DNA of 64,000 nt from Felis catus (GCF_018350175.1 NC_058368.1:147748001-147812000); one strand, 5' to 3'. Shown: positions 25,108 to 38,524, counted from the stretch's first letter. Made by a program: numbers and translations. Notes: generated by a model from the letters alone, not told the origin.

Positions 25108-25810
25108 TATTCATGGGCTGAATAACGGCCCCTCCAAAAATGCTTATGTCCTAATCCCTGGAACCTGTGAATATGTTACCTTACATAATTTTATTAATGT
25201 GATTCAATTAAGGATCTTATGACAATAAGATTATCCTAGATTATCCATCCAGGTGGGGCCAATATAATTATGGGTTCTTAGAAAAGGGAGTTTGGGTGAC
25301 TCAGTTGGTTCAGGGCCTGACTCTTGATTTTGGCTCAGGTCATCATCTCACCAACATGAGACTGAGCCACGGGGTTGGGCTAAGTGGGGAGTGCAGAGCC
25401 TGCTTGGTATTTTCTCTCTTTCCCTTTCTCTCTGCCCCTCCTCCACTCATTTTCTCTCTCCCTCTCTCTCACAAAATAAATAAATGAGGTTTAAAAAAAC
25501 TAAGAGGGAGGTTGGAAAAACAGAGTCAGACAAGAAGATTTGAGGATGGAAGCAGAGGTTGGAGATAAGAGAAGATGCTATACTGTTGGCCTTGAAGATG
25601 GAGGAAGGGGCCACAAGCTTAGGAATGTGGGCATTTCCAGAAGCTAGAAAAACAAGGAAATTGATTTCCTCCCGGAGCTTCCAGAAAGAATACAGTCCTA
25701 CCAACACCTGGTAGACTTATGACCTCCCGAATGGGAAGATAATAAATTGGTGTTGTTTTAAGACACTGAGCTTGCAGTAATTATTATAGTAGCAATAGGA
25801 AACCAATACA
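25108..25810 (+). mobile_element. MaLR LTR (MLT1D-like), near full length, with a SINE insertion
   Basis: tgggctgaataacggcccc...gtcctaatccctggaacctgtgaatatgttacctta...gcaataggaaaccaataca. Confidence 0.9.
25287..25500 (+). mobile_element. Can-SINE nested in MLT1D
   Basis: tgggtgactcagttggtt...ctcttgattttggctcaggtcat...(CT)n aaaataaataaa. Confidence 0.9.
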
Positions 25811-27132
25811 CATAATATTTTGAGACTACCATTAATTTCTGTGTTTGGCACGTCTAAGATTGGAAGATTTATTTTCCTTCCAACTCTACGTGAACCTGAA
25901 TTGCATAGCACTTAAATGAAAGGTTTTCTTACTACTCTAACATATTTCCCTCCTTCAACACATGACCTTATTGTCAAGGTGTGGCCCATCGTTAGCATTT
26001 TCTTTCAGGAAAAATTGAATCTTTTCCTAATTCCTATTTTTGTTTTCTCTCATAACTACCACAGGTATTTCATTGTTACTGCTACTGGGCATGGGTCTTT
26101 AGAAGGTATTATTCCATTTTTTATGAGCAAGCCAAATACAGGTTTATTGTACTCTAAAGGTCAGTGCACAATTACTGGGGTCACTAATTGACTTTAATTT
26201 TTTATGGGATTTTCAGAAACTTGTAGTATATGTTCAGTCTGCATTTGCTATAAAAATGATTTAACAATTGGCAGTATTTCAAAAGTCTTAAAGAAAACAC
26301 TGCCTGGACAAAAAGCACTGGTGAACTATAAATGTTTCATCAAGGCTAGGTTTCACCTAGGCTATGATGAGGAAATCCTATGTTGTAGAACAACTCTATG
26401 ATAGGAATCAACTAAAAGCAAAGGAACAGTATATGTGACTGAAACCTATGGGGGAAAAAAAAGGATGCTTTGATGATTTTACTTCTGTCATTTGCCTATT
26501 TTTAAATAAACTGAAAATATAACAGAGGAACTATACCAGTATAATTTAATGTACTACACTGTATAGTTTATTGATGGAATATAGAAGTAGCAAAATTACA
26601 TTACTTCAAAACTTATTCTATGAAATTAGCTCAATTTCTGCTACTTCTATCCATAATTTGTATTATTTCTGCACAACAGCTTTTGTTTATGATTTATAGA
26701 CTTCAGGAGGTTTTCTATTTAAAAAAAAATTTTAAGACAAGATATCTACATTGAGTGGCAATCCAGATATTCCTGAAGACCCTTGGAATTACTCCACTAC
26801 TGTTCTTAACATATTTGCTTCCATGTTACAGTGAACATAAAGAAGCAAATTTATCAAAGAGTAATCTTTTAGCTCCCTTAAAACAATGTCTAAATTGTTC
26901 AAATGGCTAAAAAACTTCATAGTTCCGGTATGTCTCTCTACGCACGGTTTTCCTTGGGTATTACATTTGGTGTTTAATTTCATTTGCTATTTCATTAATG
27001 AGGTGAAATTAATTTCACTTAGGCAATATTTCCATATTATGCCTGGGTATTTGATCAATAAACCATATATTTATTTCAATGTTACATATTGATTATATAT
27101 TTTATGTATATGTAAACATAGGAGTCTATGTG

Positions 27133-27300
27133 TATATACATAATTTTATATAAGTCTATGTGGCATTAACATTTTGTGTTCCAAAATTTCTAAGTCTACA
27201 GGTCATATGTTTATATATATACATAATTTTATATAAGTCTATGTGGCATTAACATTTTGTGTTCCAAAATTTCTAAGTCTACAGGTCATATGTTTATATA
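27133..27300. repeat. Perfect tandem duplication, 83-bp unit x2
   Basis: tatatacataattttatataagtctatgtggc...ggtcatatgtttata starts at 27133 and again at 27216. Confidence 0.95.
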
Positions 27301-27919
27301 AGCAAACTCATACATTTACAAATATGCTATTTTCAGTAATGAACTGAAGTCTATTAAAATATATATTGCAATAATTTCTAAACAATAATCTCTAGTTAAT
27401 AATTTCAATTATAGAGATTAAGTTAGATAATTAGTGTTAATGATATTTTTAGCTACTTATTCAGTAATATAGAGATTATAAAATTCAAATAGTCTATATT
27501 TATGGGGGCCAGAACCACCTTAGTACTCCACTACAAGCCCAGTAAACTCTCAGTAGCAAGAATAAACTCTACCTTTTTTGACAGGAAGCAAGCAGAATGC
27601 ACTTTTCCATTCCTTGGAGAGATAAACTGAATTAGGTACATGCAGTATTATGGTGTAAACCAAGGTAAAGTGGGTAATGGAGTTTATATTAGCAACTGCA
27701 CAAATGAAGTAAGTATGTCTACCTGGTCATGAACAAGAAATTGCTCATAAAAATATACAAGAAATGATACTTCTTTGAACTTATTTGTAATTTGAAAATC
27801 ATTTTATTTATATCACCACATTTAATATTCAACAACAGAAGTAGATGTTTTTATCTGGCTTCATGGAGAAGTTGTGCATTTTTCCAGTTCATTGGGTCAT
27901 TAATTGGAGACGTATAGAC

Positions 27920-28021
27920 TATTATGCTGGTAGTAAATGCACTGTTCTTTCTGGCCATATGTATGATTTATTATGCTGGTAGTAAATGCACTGTTCTTTC
28001 TGGCCATATGTATGATTTATT
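27920..28021. repeat. Perfect tandem duplication, 49-bp unit x2
   Basis: tattatgctggtagtaaatgcactgttctttctggccatatgtatgatt at 27920 and 27969, plus terminal tatt. Confidence 0.95.
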
Positions 28022-28554
28022 GGAAGCTGGATTTTCTTTTACTTGGGACTTCCCTTCATATCAGCCACATACGAACCAGAAACTGACTTTTTCCTTAGGC
28101 CTAAAAATAATTATGTAGGCCTATTGAAAAGTTGGGAGTCTAAATGCTGAGACACTATTCTCTTTGCAAAGTTTGTGTAGGATCTCTTTCAAAGGATCTC
28201 TACTAGTGAATTCACACCCTCTGTGTGAGTGTGTACAACAAAACCAAATGAACCATGACAAAGTACTTCATATTAGAATGGTTTGTTGAGGGCTAACAAT
28301 AAGATCTCTCCAGATATGCTTAGCCAAATTGTATACTAACTTAGATCACCATTAAAATGTCATCAGAAAACTCTCTATTCTATGGTGATGTTTTTGCTAG
28401 GAGTAATGAAGATAAAAGCCTAAAATGCATTTTTCAGGCAGATATGTAATTAATTTTATTAAACAAATAATATGAAATGTAGTAATACAATATAGGGACA
28501 CAGAAAATATTTGTTCTCTCTTCTGTTTCTCTGTGCCCATTGTTTCTCTCTGTA

Positions 28555-28930
28555 TCATTGTTCATTTTGTGTGTCAGCTTGACTGAGCCACAGTCTCCAG
28601 ATTAAACATTATTTCTGCGAGTGTCTGAGAGTGGCATCATCCAATCTCTTGATGGTCTCAATATAACAAAAAGCAGACGAAAGGAGAACTGTTTTCTTTC
28701 TTGCTTATTTGAGTTGGGACATTGGTCTTCTGCTTTTGGACTGGAATTTATACCATCATCTCCCATAATTCTTAGATTTTCAGGCATAAACTGAATTATA
28801 CCACTAGCTTTTCTGGTCTCCAGCTTGCAGATGCTAGATCATGGGACTATTCATATCTACTTATCATGTATGTATGTACATATGTATGTATGTATGTGTC
28901 TATCTATCTATCTCCTAGTGACTGTTCCTG
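28555..28930 (+). mobile_element. MLT2-type ERVL LTR
   Basis: attttgtgtgtcagcttgactgagccac...attaaacattatttctg...ccagcttgcagatg...atcatgggact...(TATG/TATC)n. Confidence 0.85.
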
Positions 28931-30974
28931 AGTCTTTTTTTCAAAGTTTTAGCTAAGATAATCAGATTGGCCCAACCTCTTATACACTCTTAGTACATTT
29001 TAGTATGGCCAACCTGTGGGGTTGTGCTGTGGCTCATTGTTCAGCCAATAGTGACAGTGAAAACAGATTCTTTGAGAAGAGGCATCAGAATGACAGGTAA
29101 GATACAATTATATAACATACGTAAAAAAGATATTTACTGCCACTAAGCTCTAGAATAGAATATGTCAAAGAGAAACTAAATTTACCAAAGGGAAATCATG
29201 TTTATAAATTAATAATATATTCATGAATAATTAATGATCTGAAAAGGATATTACACACTTATTAGAGTTAGTAGGATGAAGAAGGATTCAAAGATCCATT
29301 TGACAACATGTTCTACATAGAATACGGTATTCAACTGATAAATACAGTTATTGTGTTTGACCTTAGACAAGAACCTAAGACTGTATATACCCATGTGTTA
29401 TGAAATTGAAGTACAGTTGAACATTTTTTTGTTTTCCTCCTGTATTTTGTGGTGGAGCTCTGTAAAGGGCAATTTTCTCAGGAATTGTGTACTTAATATT
29501 ACACAGATTGTGGAAGAAAAATTGCAATGCGTGTACAAAAATTGGGTATCATTAGGCCATAGTGTGACTAAAATAAATTTTTAAGTTTGAGAATTATTCT
29601 TTTCTACTACTTACATAGGCTCCATATAAATTGTTTCTTTTTCTTCATGATCTTTTTTCTAGGAAAAGTCATATATTATGTCCAAAGCAAACTCTTCCAT
29701 TAGTGATGATATCTTCCCACACACAATGAACCAAATGCAGATAAGGCAATTCACAAATATTGGTATTCTTAACAATTTAAATGGATTATCACAAATTCAC
29801 TTCAATTTTATTTTTATGGTTGTGAAATAAAGTATTGGGGTCTACCTAAAATAGATATAACCTTTCTCTCACTGACACTAAAGTGAATCACTTGTAATTA
29901 TCCTACAATGATTACTTCTATAATGTATTGCAACAATTCCAGAAAAGTGACAAAAAGAACCCACGAATTTAAAACATTCCATAAACTTTTATGCATAAAA
30001 CATCCACTAATTTTGAAAATTATGTAGAAAAAAGTAAACTGGACAAAACGTATAGGACACAGGCAAGCATATGGTTAAAATAAATCATATATCCAGCCCT
30101 ATGATTTTTATTATGCAAAAATATATGTTTTATAGTACAACAAAATATATAGGCAGTTGGGGCAGGGGGATAATTTCCTTACCAGCATTGTTTTTCTTTT
30201 CCCATTCTTCTTTTTCTCTCAAATTTTTATAGCACCAAATAATAATAACATTAGAAGTTGACATATTAGCCTGTAACCCTAAATTAGCAATCCCTTGACT
30301 GCTAATCACAGTTTTTTTTCCTGCATGCACCTAAATTTCATGTAAATTTCATGTAGCTGAAATATTGTATCTCCCATTTTTATTGTACCATAAGCCATGT
30401 CATTAGACCAGATGACTGAAAGAATGATAATGCTTTTAGTTTGGAGGCAATGCAATGAATCACCAGGAAACTGGTGGCAGATGTATCTTTCCAAGAAATA
30501 ACGATGGAGGGCCAAAGAATACAAAAACTTTTGTACCGAAGTGAAGTAAGTTGAGGAAGTTCAAACTGGGGCACTTTAAATGATCTCGGTCATCTTGATA
30601 GACCTGTGCCAAGGGAATTACTCATTTAAGGAACATCATTCCTTTAAGGTTATTTACTCATATTACATCCATTGCACACTAATAGGGGATGGAAGAAATA
30701 AAACGTAAATGACTCAAGTTTTCTTTCTTCTTTTCTTTGCTTTTTTTTAGGAGATTATATTCTCTTGCTGAGGCAGCAAAATACATACTATGCACAGACA
30801 AAAATAGCATATCATATTTTTGACAGATGTGTTATCTGGTTACCTGAAATCAAATTCTGATGCTAAAACTTAGTAAATAAATTATATTAGACAATACATG
30901 TTTTTCTGGTGGCCAGTTTTATTATCTGAACAATGGAATAACAAGTTTTCTATAACTTAATGCCTTATCTAAAT

Positions 30975-31145
30975 CTTCTGAAGAATCCCATAGGAGTACG
31001 TCTAATTATTATTCTCATTTCTACAGATAACAAACCAAGAACCAGAGAGAGGATGAAAAATATGCCAAAAGTTACATGGTTTATAAGCTGGGGTTGGAAT
31101 AATACCTGTATATTTCTAGGACCCACGCTCTTATCTTCTACATTA
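30975..31145 (-). mobile_element. MIR fragment
   Basis: attattattctcatttctacagat...gccaaaagttacatgg. Confidence 0.65.
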
Positions 31146-31489
31146 TGTTCCCTTTGACTATTCTCTTTGGCTACTTGCCTCAGGGTCAGATGCAATAAAT
31201 GAAATCACTTTATAAATAGTAAATTTTTTTATAATGTTAGTTATTATTATAACTTTCTACATATTCTTAATGGATACTATTTGAAAGGCTTACATGATAC
31301 TTTTATTAAACTAGCATTTCAAAATTTAAACCGCCATAACATTACTGGAGTCATGGTTTCACTTTTTTGGTCAGGTTTTTAGAAATGTATTGTTAGAGAT
31401 AGCTTCAGTATTATAGACATGGCTCTATAAAAACTTTAGGTCCTTTTTTTCTCAAACTGTTCCAGATAAATTCTAATATCAAAAATATG

Positions 31490-31800
31490 AGTATCATGAT
31501 TTTCTTTCACACATATTGCCAGAATATTTTCCAAAATAGCTGCAAAAATTTACATCACCTCCTATGTTTAAATGTGCTAGCTTCATCACATTCTCATCAA
31601 CATTACATACTACATAATTTTTGATACATTTTTAAAATAGGATTTATATTCTAAGATTGTTTTGTTTTAATTTCTTTCACTATTACATGCATTTAATTAT
31701 ATTATATGTTTGTGGTATGTTTTGTCAAGTCATACTCACACAAATATATTGGTTCTTTATTCATTATAAATATTAATTTTCTCATATTTGAGGTTAACAT
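31490..31800 (-). mobile_element. Ancient L1ME-like fragment
   Basis: catattgccagaatattttccaaaatagctgcaaaaatttacat...cacattctcatcaaca. Confidence 0.5.
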
Positions 31801-33254
31801 ATTGGATGACAGTTGTTTCTTTTATTTCATTCTTTTCCACTCTGCAAAAAAAAAAAAAAATTAAAGTTGTATCCGAAGCTGCCAAAATAGGTGGAAACTA
31901 GTCTAAATACTTTTGGGTCACTGTTTGTATGATTTAGTACATGGACTCATTTTAATCATATATCCTGATACATAATTAGGCAAGAAGCTGTGAGGACTCA
32001 ATTCACACGTGAGATAATATCCGTGCCCAAGCCACAAAGAGTTGAAATGACTGAAATGTCAATTTACCTATGTCTAAATAACTTGTTTTTATGCACAGTG
32101 AGATTCCCATTAAATCCTTTTCCTAAAAGAAGTTAGATTTCGGCACAACAATTTCCTGCTGCTTTTTCATATGGCTCACTTTCCTCTATCATTATATTTG
32201 AAACTGCATCATTACTGTTGCAGAACATGAACTTATGATATGTGATGATGCTTTGAGGTAGAAGCACCGCAAATGAGAGTTGAAAGTCGTAATACTTCCT
32301 TATCCTTGTCTTCAGTTTGGGGATTGAAGACATTCTTTCTCTTTTCCCCTCTGTTTGTGTGTGGCTATAAAAGACCTTTGTGGTTTTGGCTTGGATCTTT
32401 ATTTTTTTCCCCAATATAATTGAAAATACTATATTTTCATTTCTATTTCATTTCCAAGGCTTCTCTGTGCTGTAAAAATTCAGGGTTAAATTTTAGGTTG
32501 TATAAAGAACTTTTTCATAGACAACAGAATGAAATAATATAAGTATTTTACATGACAAACAGTCAGCAATTTCTTCATAGCTTTCCTGAGAGGAAGGAGC
32601 ATTTCCATAAAGGGAGAAATACTAGGGAAAATTTCAATAAAGGCCATATCAGAAAGTAAAATTGATATCTATAATAAATCACCTTCTGTACTCCAGTGCC
32701 AAACAATGTCTTGACTAGACCTAGAAGGATTATTACCAGAGTGCTTTGGTGTATAATAATTTTGGTATTTTTTCCTCTATATATATCTCTAAAATCTTAC
32801 TAGTATTTGAAGTTGCACTCCATATTTTTCCTTCTGTAAAAGATACTGCAGTCTGGGATTTTTAAAAGTCAAATAAGGAAGATTTCATCTTCTTTGAATT
32901 TACAAAAATTGACCAAAAAAATGACAATAAAATTATTAGCTATTTGGCATGAACACAACTTTCATAGCAAGATTTTATTTTTAAACTTCCATGTAACAGG
33001 TTAGTAGAAGTACAACTTTCTCATCTTACAGCTATTGGAACAGCTAACATATACTGAGTGGTTTCAAAGAAACATACTTATAATTAGCAATTAATACTAC
33101 CTGGGTTTTTGTAACCCAATAAGGAGTGAAATCAGTTTTTATAAACTAAAGGAATTGAATTTAGACATATGTGAAGGACATTTAGACTAGATTGTTATCA
33201 ATTATAACATTATAATCTAAATCAATCTGGTAACAGATTATTCCACACTGCTAT

Positions 33255-33385
33255 TACTAATATCATTTATAGATGTAAAAAAATGAGGCTTAAATAGACT
33301 AATTAATTTGGACAAGATCATAGGACTTGTAAGTGGCAGGTTAGAATTGAAATTCTGATCTATCTGACTCCAGGACTCAGGCCCT
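33255..33385 (-). mobile_element. MIR fragment
   Basis: catttatagatg...tgaggctt...ggacaagatcataggacttgtaagtggcag...tctgactcca. Confidence 0.75.
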
Positions 33386-33590
33386 TTTGGCTGCTAATTT
33401 TGTACCCAAGACTTCATTTGTCTATGTAAATTCCTTCTATGATCACAAAGGTATTTTGTTCTTCATCTTTAACAATGTGTACCTAATCTTTTAGGTCATA
33501 GTACCCTTGTTATTTAACCAATGTAACAATAATAACAATGATATATCCACATAACTATTCATTAGAATCTGTGGTAAATGTTTTAAAGCA

Positions 33591-33628
<38 letters not shown>

Positions 33629-33635
33629 CATTATT
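33591..33635. repeat. (ATT)n microsatellite
   Basis: Direct reading. Confidence 0.95.
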
Positions 33636-33934
33636 TTGGTACTAAAAGCTGCCTTATTGTTTACATTTTAAACAAAAGGTACCCAAGATTTAGAGAGGTG
33701 AAAGTCCCAGAACAATTTTACACAAGAGGAAATGTTAGAGCTGGGATGCAAATTTAGTTCAGGCTCTGCAAAGCCCAAGCAGGCCTTAACTACAGGGATA
33801 TGGTTTTCCTCACCTTCTTCTCAGTTGCTTAGATGAGTCTCCTTTCTCAGTCTAATGATGTATGTTATCATTTCTGCAATCACAGTATATCCCGATACAT
33901 GGCTTAAATTCTGTTTACAAGAGGCTATATTACA

Positions 33935-34150
33935 GGGCTGTAAAAAGTATGAGTCAGGTTAGAGGCAGGCAGACCTGGGGTCAAATTCCATCTTCCACGT
34001 TAGCTAAATATTCACTAAAGGTAGAATAATTGGCTTGCCTAATTTCTTCATTTGTAAAAGGAAATCATAATGGTAATTAAATTCTGGGTTTTATTATTAA
34101 CTAATACATACAAAATTCAAGGATAGTGACTGCGGCCTAGTAAGATTTGT
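33935..34150 (+). mobile_element. MIR fragment
   Basis: agaggcaggcagacctggggtcaaattcc...tttcttcatttgtaaaagg. Confidence 0.7.
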
Positions 34151-34355
34151 ATTATGATGCTTTATTTCTTTTCACCCCACATTTACTTCTCACATGTGTC
34201 TCTCCCTCTTTTCCAAGGACAGCAACTTCCATTCCTTAATTCAGACAATTGGCCTTGAGACTAATACAATTATAATAACCTAAATATATATTGGGTTACT
34301 TTGACTACTCGTATGGATACTGGACATATATGCTTCTTTTGGGAGTCAAACTAGT

Positions 34356-34358
<3 letters not shown>

Positions 34359-34392
<34 letters not shown>
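34359..34392. repeat. (TG)n microsatellite
   Basis: Direct reading. Confidence 0.95.
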
Positions 34393-34393
<1 letters not shown>

Positions 34394-34474
34394 CTGTGTG
34401 TATATTCTTGTGCTTTCGGAGAATGTTGGCTGTTATATTAATTTTGTTTGAATATTAATTTAGTTTAACTGTCA

Positions 34475-34715
34475 CAACAACTATCATTTACCAAGTGCTG
34501 ATAAATTGCTAATCTCTGTGCTGAAAGTTTGTTCTTGGCTATTTGCTATTATTCTACATAAAACTTTGACAGGCAGGTACAATTATTATTCCCACTTTCT
34601 AGATGAAGAAATCTAAGCTTAGAAATGTTAAGTAATTCTTCTAAAGTCTCATAGCTCCTAGGTAATAGATCCCAGATTCAAACTGAGACCCTCTAAGACT
34701 TTATTTTTACTACTA
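34475..34715 (-). mobile_element. MIR
   Basis: attattattcccactttctagatgaagaaatctaagcttagaaatgttaagtaa. Confidence 0.75.
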
Positions 34716-35959
34716 CAAAATACACATGCTCATTTGTACATCATGGTCTATTTAATTTTAGATTCTACACTTAAGCTTTTAGCCTTCAAATATGCTGGCA
34801 GTGTAGCTAGTGAGAAAATAGAGTCCTCATTATCCTGAACATTTAGGGTAACACAGACAAGGCCACTTTACCTATGAGAAGCATCAGAGGTCTTTCAGGT
34901 ATTTATCACCTTTTCCTGATCTAAAAGAGAAGAGGCTAATTAAATTAACCACATTGCTTACCCTTGTCCAGTTTACTTGCTATAATTTAAAACTAGCCCA
35001 TTTTGATATTCAAGACAAGCCACAGCCAAATCCATTTTCAAATAGTATTTTCCCGTTTGGCTAATTTTAACTATCTGATTCAATGAGAAAATTAAATACG
35101 TAATGTTTCCTTCTTAGAGGTTGAAAATATAATTAATATAGATATGGGTAAGTAAGAATTATTAAAGACACCTTAATGTATTCTCTTCATCTATCACTTG
35201 ATATTTGCATGGGGCAGATAAGTGCACTGATGTTGACATTTCCACATTTTTTTCCAATCTTACACACAGATTTCAGAAATTAAATTTATAATACTTGTAT
35301 GGGAACTTCAATTGACATTAAAAAATTAATTCTCTAAGATGTTCTCTTTTTTTCAGGAGAGTTAGTAACTATTTTACCTTATTTAAATGAAAGTTACATG
35401 TCTGAAAGCATCACCAATATGAAGCAGAGTGAACTCCACTGATATTATAGGTCACCTACATAGACATTCAATTTTATGTGTGAAGGCTAAAGATGAGATA
35501 ATTCATTCAAAGATGTATATTTGGAAAAGGGCCCAAGTGAGATGTCTACAAATTAAACATTTGGCAAAATTCCTTAGATAAATGGAAAAGGTCATTTTGA
35601 AAATTTCGTTTGGTGGATTTTAACAGCTGCACTATAAACTGTAATTGCAATTTAAACAACCTCTGATGCCACTCCAGAAAGATCTTAACCTTCTCAACCT
35701 GTCACCCCTCAATGCTTGCAAGTAAGACACAAATATAATTTTATGAGCTGCTGGAGAAATTTCCCAATTATTACTTGACTCCACAGTTATTGTTACATGT
35801 AACTGACACAAAAGTTAAACATGATCCATGATTCTGTGAAGAAAAAAACATAATACTTGAGTGTGTAATTCCAAATGTATTCATAGAAGAGTCAGAAAAT
35901 AAACATATTTGATCATTAAAAAAATAATCTTTTCAGACTGATTCTGTATGGGTGGTTTG

Positions 35960-36804
35960 TTTGTTTATTTATTTTTATATTTACATCAAAATTAGTTAGC
36001 ATATAGTGAAACAATGATTTCAGGAGTAGATTCCTTAATGCCCCTTACCCATTTAGCCCATCTCCCCCTCCCACAACCCTTCCAACAACCCTCAGTTTGT
36101 TCTCCATATTTATGAGTCTCTTCTGTTTTGTCCCCCTCCCTATTTTTATATTATTTTTGTTTCCCCTCCCTAATGTTCATGTTTTGTCTCTTAAAGTCCC
36201 CATTTGAGTGAAGTCATATGATTTTTGTCTTTATCTGACTAATTTCACTTAGCATAATACCCTCTAGTTCCATCCACATAGTTGCAAATGGCAAGATTTC
36301 ATTCTTTTTGATTGCCGAGTAATACTCCATTGTATATATACACCACATTTTCTTTATCCATTCACCCACTGATGGACACAGAAAACACAAATAATCCAGT
36401 GAAGAAATGGGCAAAAGACATGAATAGACACTTCTCTGAGGAAGACATCCAGATGGCCAAGTGACAGATGAAAAAATGCTCAACATCACTCATCATCAGG
36501 GAAATACAAATCAAAACCACAATGAGATACTACCTCACACCTGTCAGAATGGCTAACATTAACAACTCAGGCAACAACAGATGTTGGCAAGGATGTGAAG
36601 AAAGAGGATCTTTTTTGCATTGTTGGTGGCAATGCAAGCTGGTGCAGCCACTCTGGAAAACAGTATGGAGGTTCCTCAAAAAACTAAAAATAGAACTACC
36701 CTATGACCCAGCAATTACACTACTAGGCATTTATCCACGGGATACAGGTATGTTATTTCAAAGGGACACATAAACCCCCATGTTTATAGCAGCACTATCA
36801 ACAA
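35960..36804 (-). mobile_element. Carnivore/felid LINE-1, 5'-truncated with a 5' inversion (35960-36378 on minus; 36379-36804 inverted, on plus)
   Basis: The minus part encodes [42 protein letters not shown]; the plus part encodes [21 protein letters not shown]...[25 protein letters not shown] (both L1 ORF2 C-terminus). Confidence 0.95.
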
Positions 36805-36809
36805 TGGTT

Positions 36810-37030
36810 GTTTTTTTTTTAATTTTTTAATATTTATTTATTTTTAAGAATGAGAGAGGCAGAGCGTGAGCAGGGGAGGGCAGAGAGAGAGGGAGACATA
36901 GAATCCAAAGCAGGTTCCAGGCTATGAGCTGTCAGGATGGAGCCCAACGTGGGGCTCGAACTCCTGGAATGTGAGATCATGACCTGAGCCAAAGTCAGAC
37001 GCCTAACCGACTGAGCCACCCAGGTACCCC
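36810..37030 (-). mobile_element. Can-SINE
   Basis: Standard body ending gactgagccacccaggtacccc. Confidence 0.95.
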
Positions 37031-37933
37031 TATGGTTGGTGTTAAATACACTGAAGATGGCAGTGTATATTTTCAGGATTGATTTAGGGTACCTGAAAAT
37101 ATTATATATTTCAACAATTTTATAGCAAGGTTATAACTTTTGGTAAAATAAGGTTTATAATATTATATTCATTTTTCATTGGGAAATTCAGACACATTCT
37201 TTTGGAAAGAACTTAGTAAATCACATTCAAAACTGTGAAAGCCATAATAAATAAAAATGATGAAGGGTGATTTTTAAAATATAGCACTAATGACATTTAA
37301 AATGTGTCAAAAGAAAATCATAGAAATAACAGAAATCTTTAAACAGCTATTGGATTACTCAGTGGGATAGGAGGATGTAGAAGTAGTAGGTCCTTACACC
37401 CTTATTTAACAATTTGGCTAATTTCAAATTTTTAAGTATCGTAATAATTTATACCATTATGGTCTCTTTTCTCTTATTCATTTCATGAAGTTATTTTCTC
37501 TTTCAAAAAACCTTGGTCATCAACAGATACCAGAGTGTGTGCCTACTGAAAAGATTTTTTTCAAAAGAAAAATAGTGTGGCAACACTTTCCACACTGACT
37601 TTTCTGCTAATTTGAGGTACGTTCCATCTGCATTACTCTAGATAATTAGTGTGGAGCCTTGTGCTAAAACTCTTTCAGAAAATAACAAATACAAATGAAT
37701 ACCAAGGAAATTCAGCAAAAATTTTCTCTGTCATTAAGAAATAAATCATAACAAATCAACCTGTTATAAAACAAGAGTTTTTTGAGTCAGATATTAACAC
37801 CTAATATAAAGTTATCTTGTTCAGTGATTTAGATTTTTAAATGAATACTGCATATAATGAATCGAATGTTCAAAGAAATAGTTTTCTCTTCTAATTTGAA
37901 ATTTCTAACATAAAAATTAAACAGTGCCATGTA

Positions 37934-38154
37934 GGGCGCCTGGGTGGCACAGTTGGTTAAGCGTCCGACTTCAGCCAGGTCACGATCTCGCGGTCCGTGG
38001 GTTCGAGCCCCGCGTCAGGCTCTGGGCTGATGGCTCAGAGCCTGGAGCCTGTGTCCGATTCTGTGTCTCCCTCTCTCTCTGCCCCTCCCCCGTTCATGCT
38101 CTGTCTCTCTCTGTCCCAAAAATAAATAAATGTTGAAAAAAAATTTTTAAAAAA
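37934..38154 (+). mobile_element. Young felid SINE (SINEC_Fc-like)
   Basis: Perfect 16-bp TSD taaacagtgccatgta (37918-37933, 38155-38170). Confidence 0.97.
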
Positions 38155-38300
38155 TAAACAGTGCCATGTATATTTCCTTATCTTTCATTTATCCTTGCCT
38201 TGTAATCTTTTCCTTAGATTAGCATAAACAAATCAATGAAATTTTAGAGAAGACACTGAAAATCTCTACTGTATTATTATACACATTCAATAGTTATTTT

Positions 38301-38524
38301 TTTTTTTTAATTTTTTTTTCAACATTTATTTATTTTTGGGACAGAGAGAGACAGAGCATGAACAGGGGAAGGGCAGAGAGAGAGAGGGAGACACAGAATC
38401 GGAAACAGGCTCCAGGCTCTGAGCCATCAGCCCAGAGCCCGACGCGGGGCTCGAACCCACGGACCGCGAGATCGTGACCTGGCTGAAGTCGGACGCTCAA
38501 CCGACTGCGCCACCCAGGCGCCCC
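38301..38524 (-). mobile_element. Young felid SINE (SINEC_Fc-like)
   Basis: CpG-rich body; TSD tcaatagttatttt (from 38287 and 38525). Confidence 0.97.

Noticed and set aside
27133..28021. Direct repeats considered as a CRISPR-like array
   Set aside because: Simple two-copy tandem duplications without spacers, in mammalian DNA
30435..30552. Possible exon ending at GAA/GTAAGT
   Set aside because: Stops in all three frames from the nearest acceptor-like AG; a non-coding exon cannot be supported without RNA data
32133..32414. 93-aa minus-strand ORF in unique sequence, with a small hairpin tgtcttca...tgaagaca
   Set aside because: No recognisable protein similarity or convincing splice context; length and hairpin are compatible with chance
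36468..36773. 101-aa ORF with clear protein-like sequence
   Set aside because: L1 ORF2 C-terminal fragment from the inverted L1 segment, not a host gene
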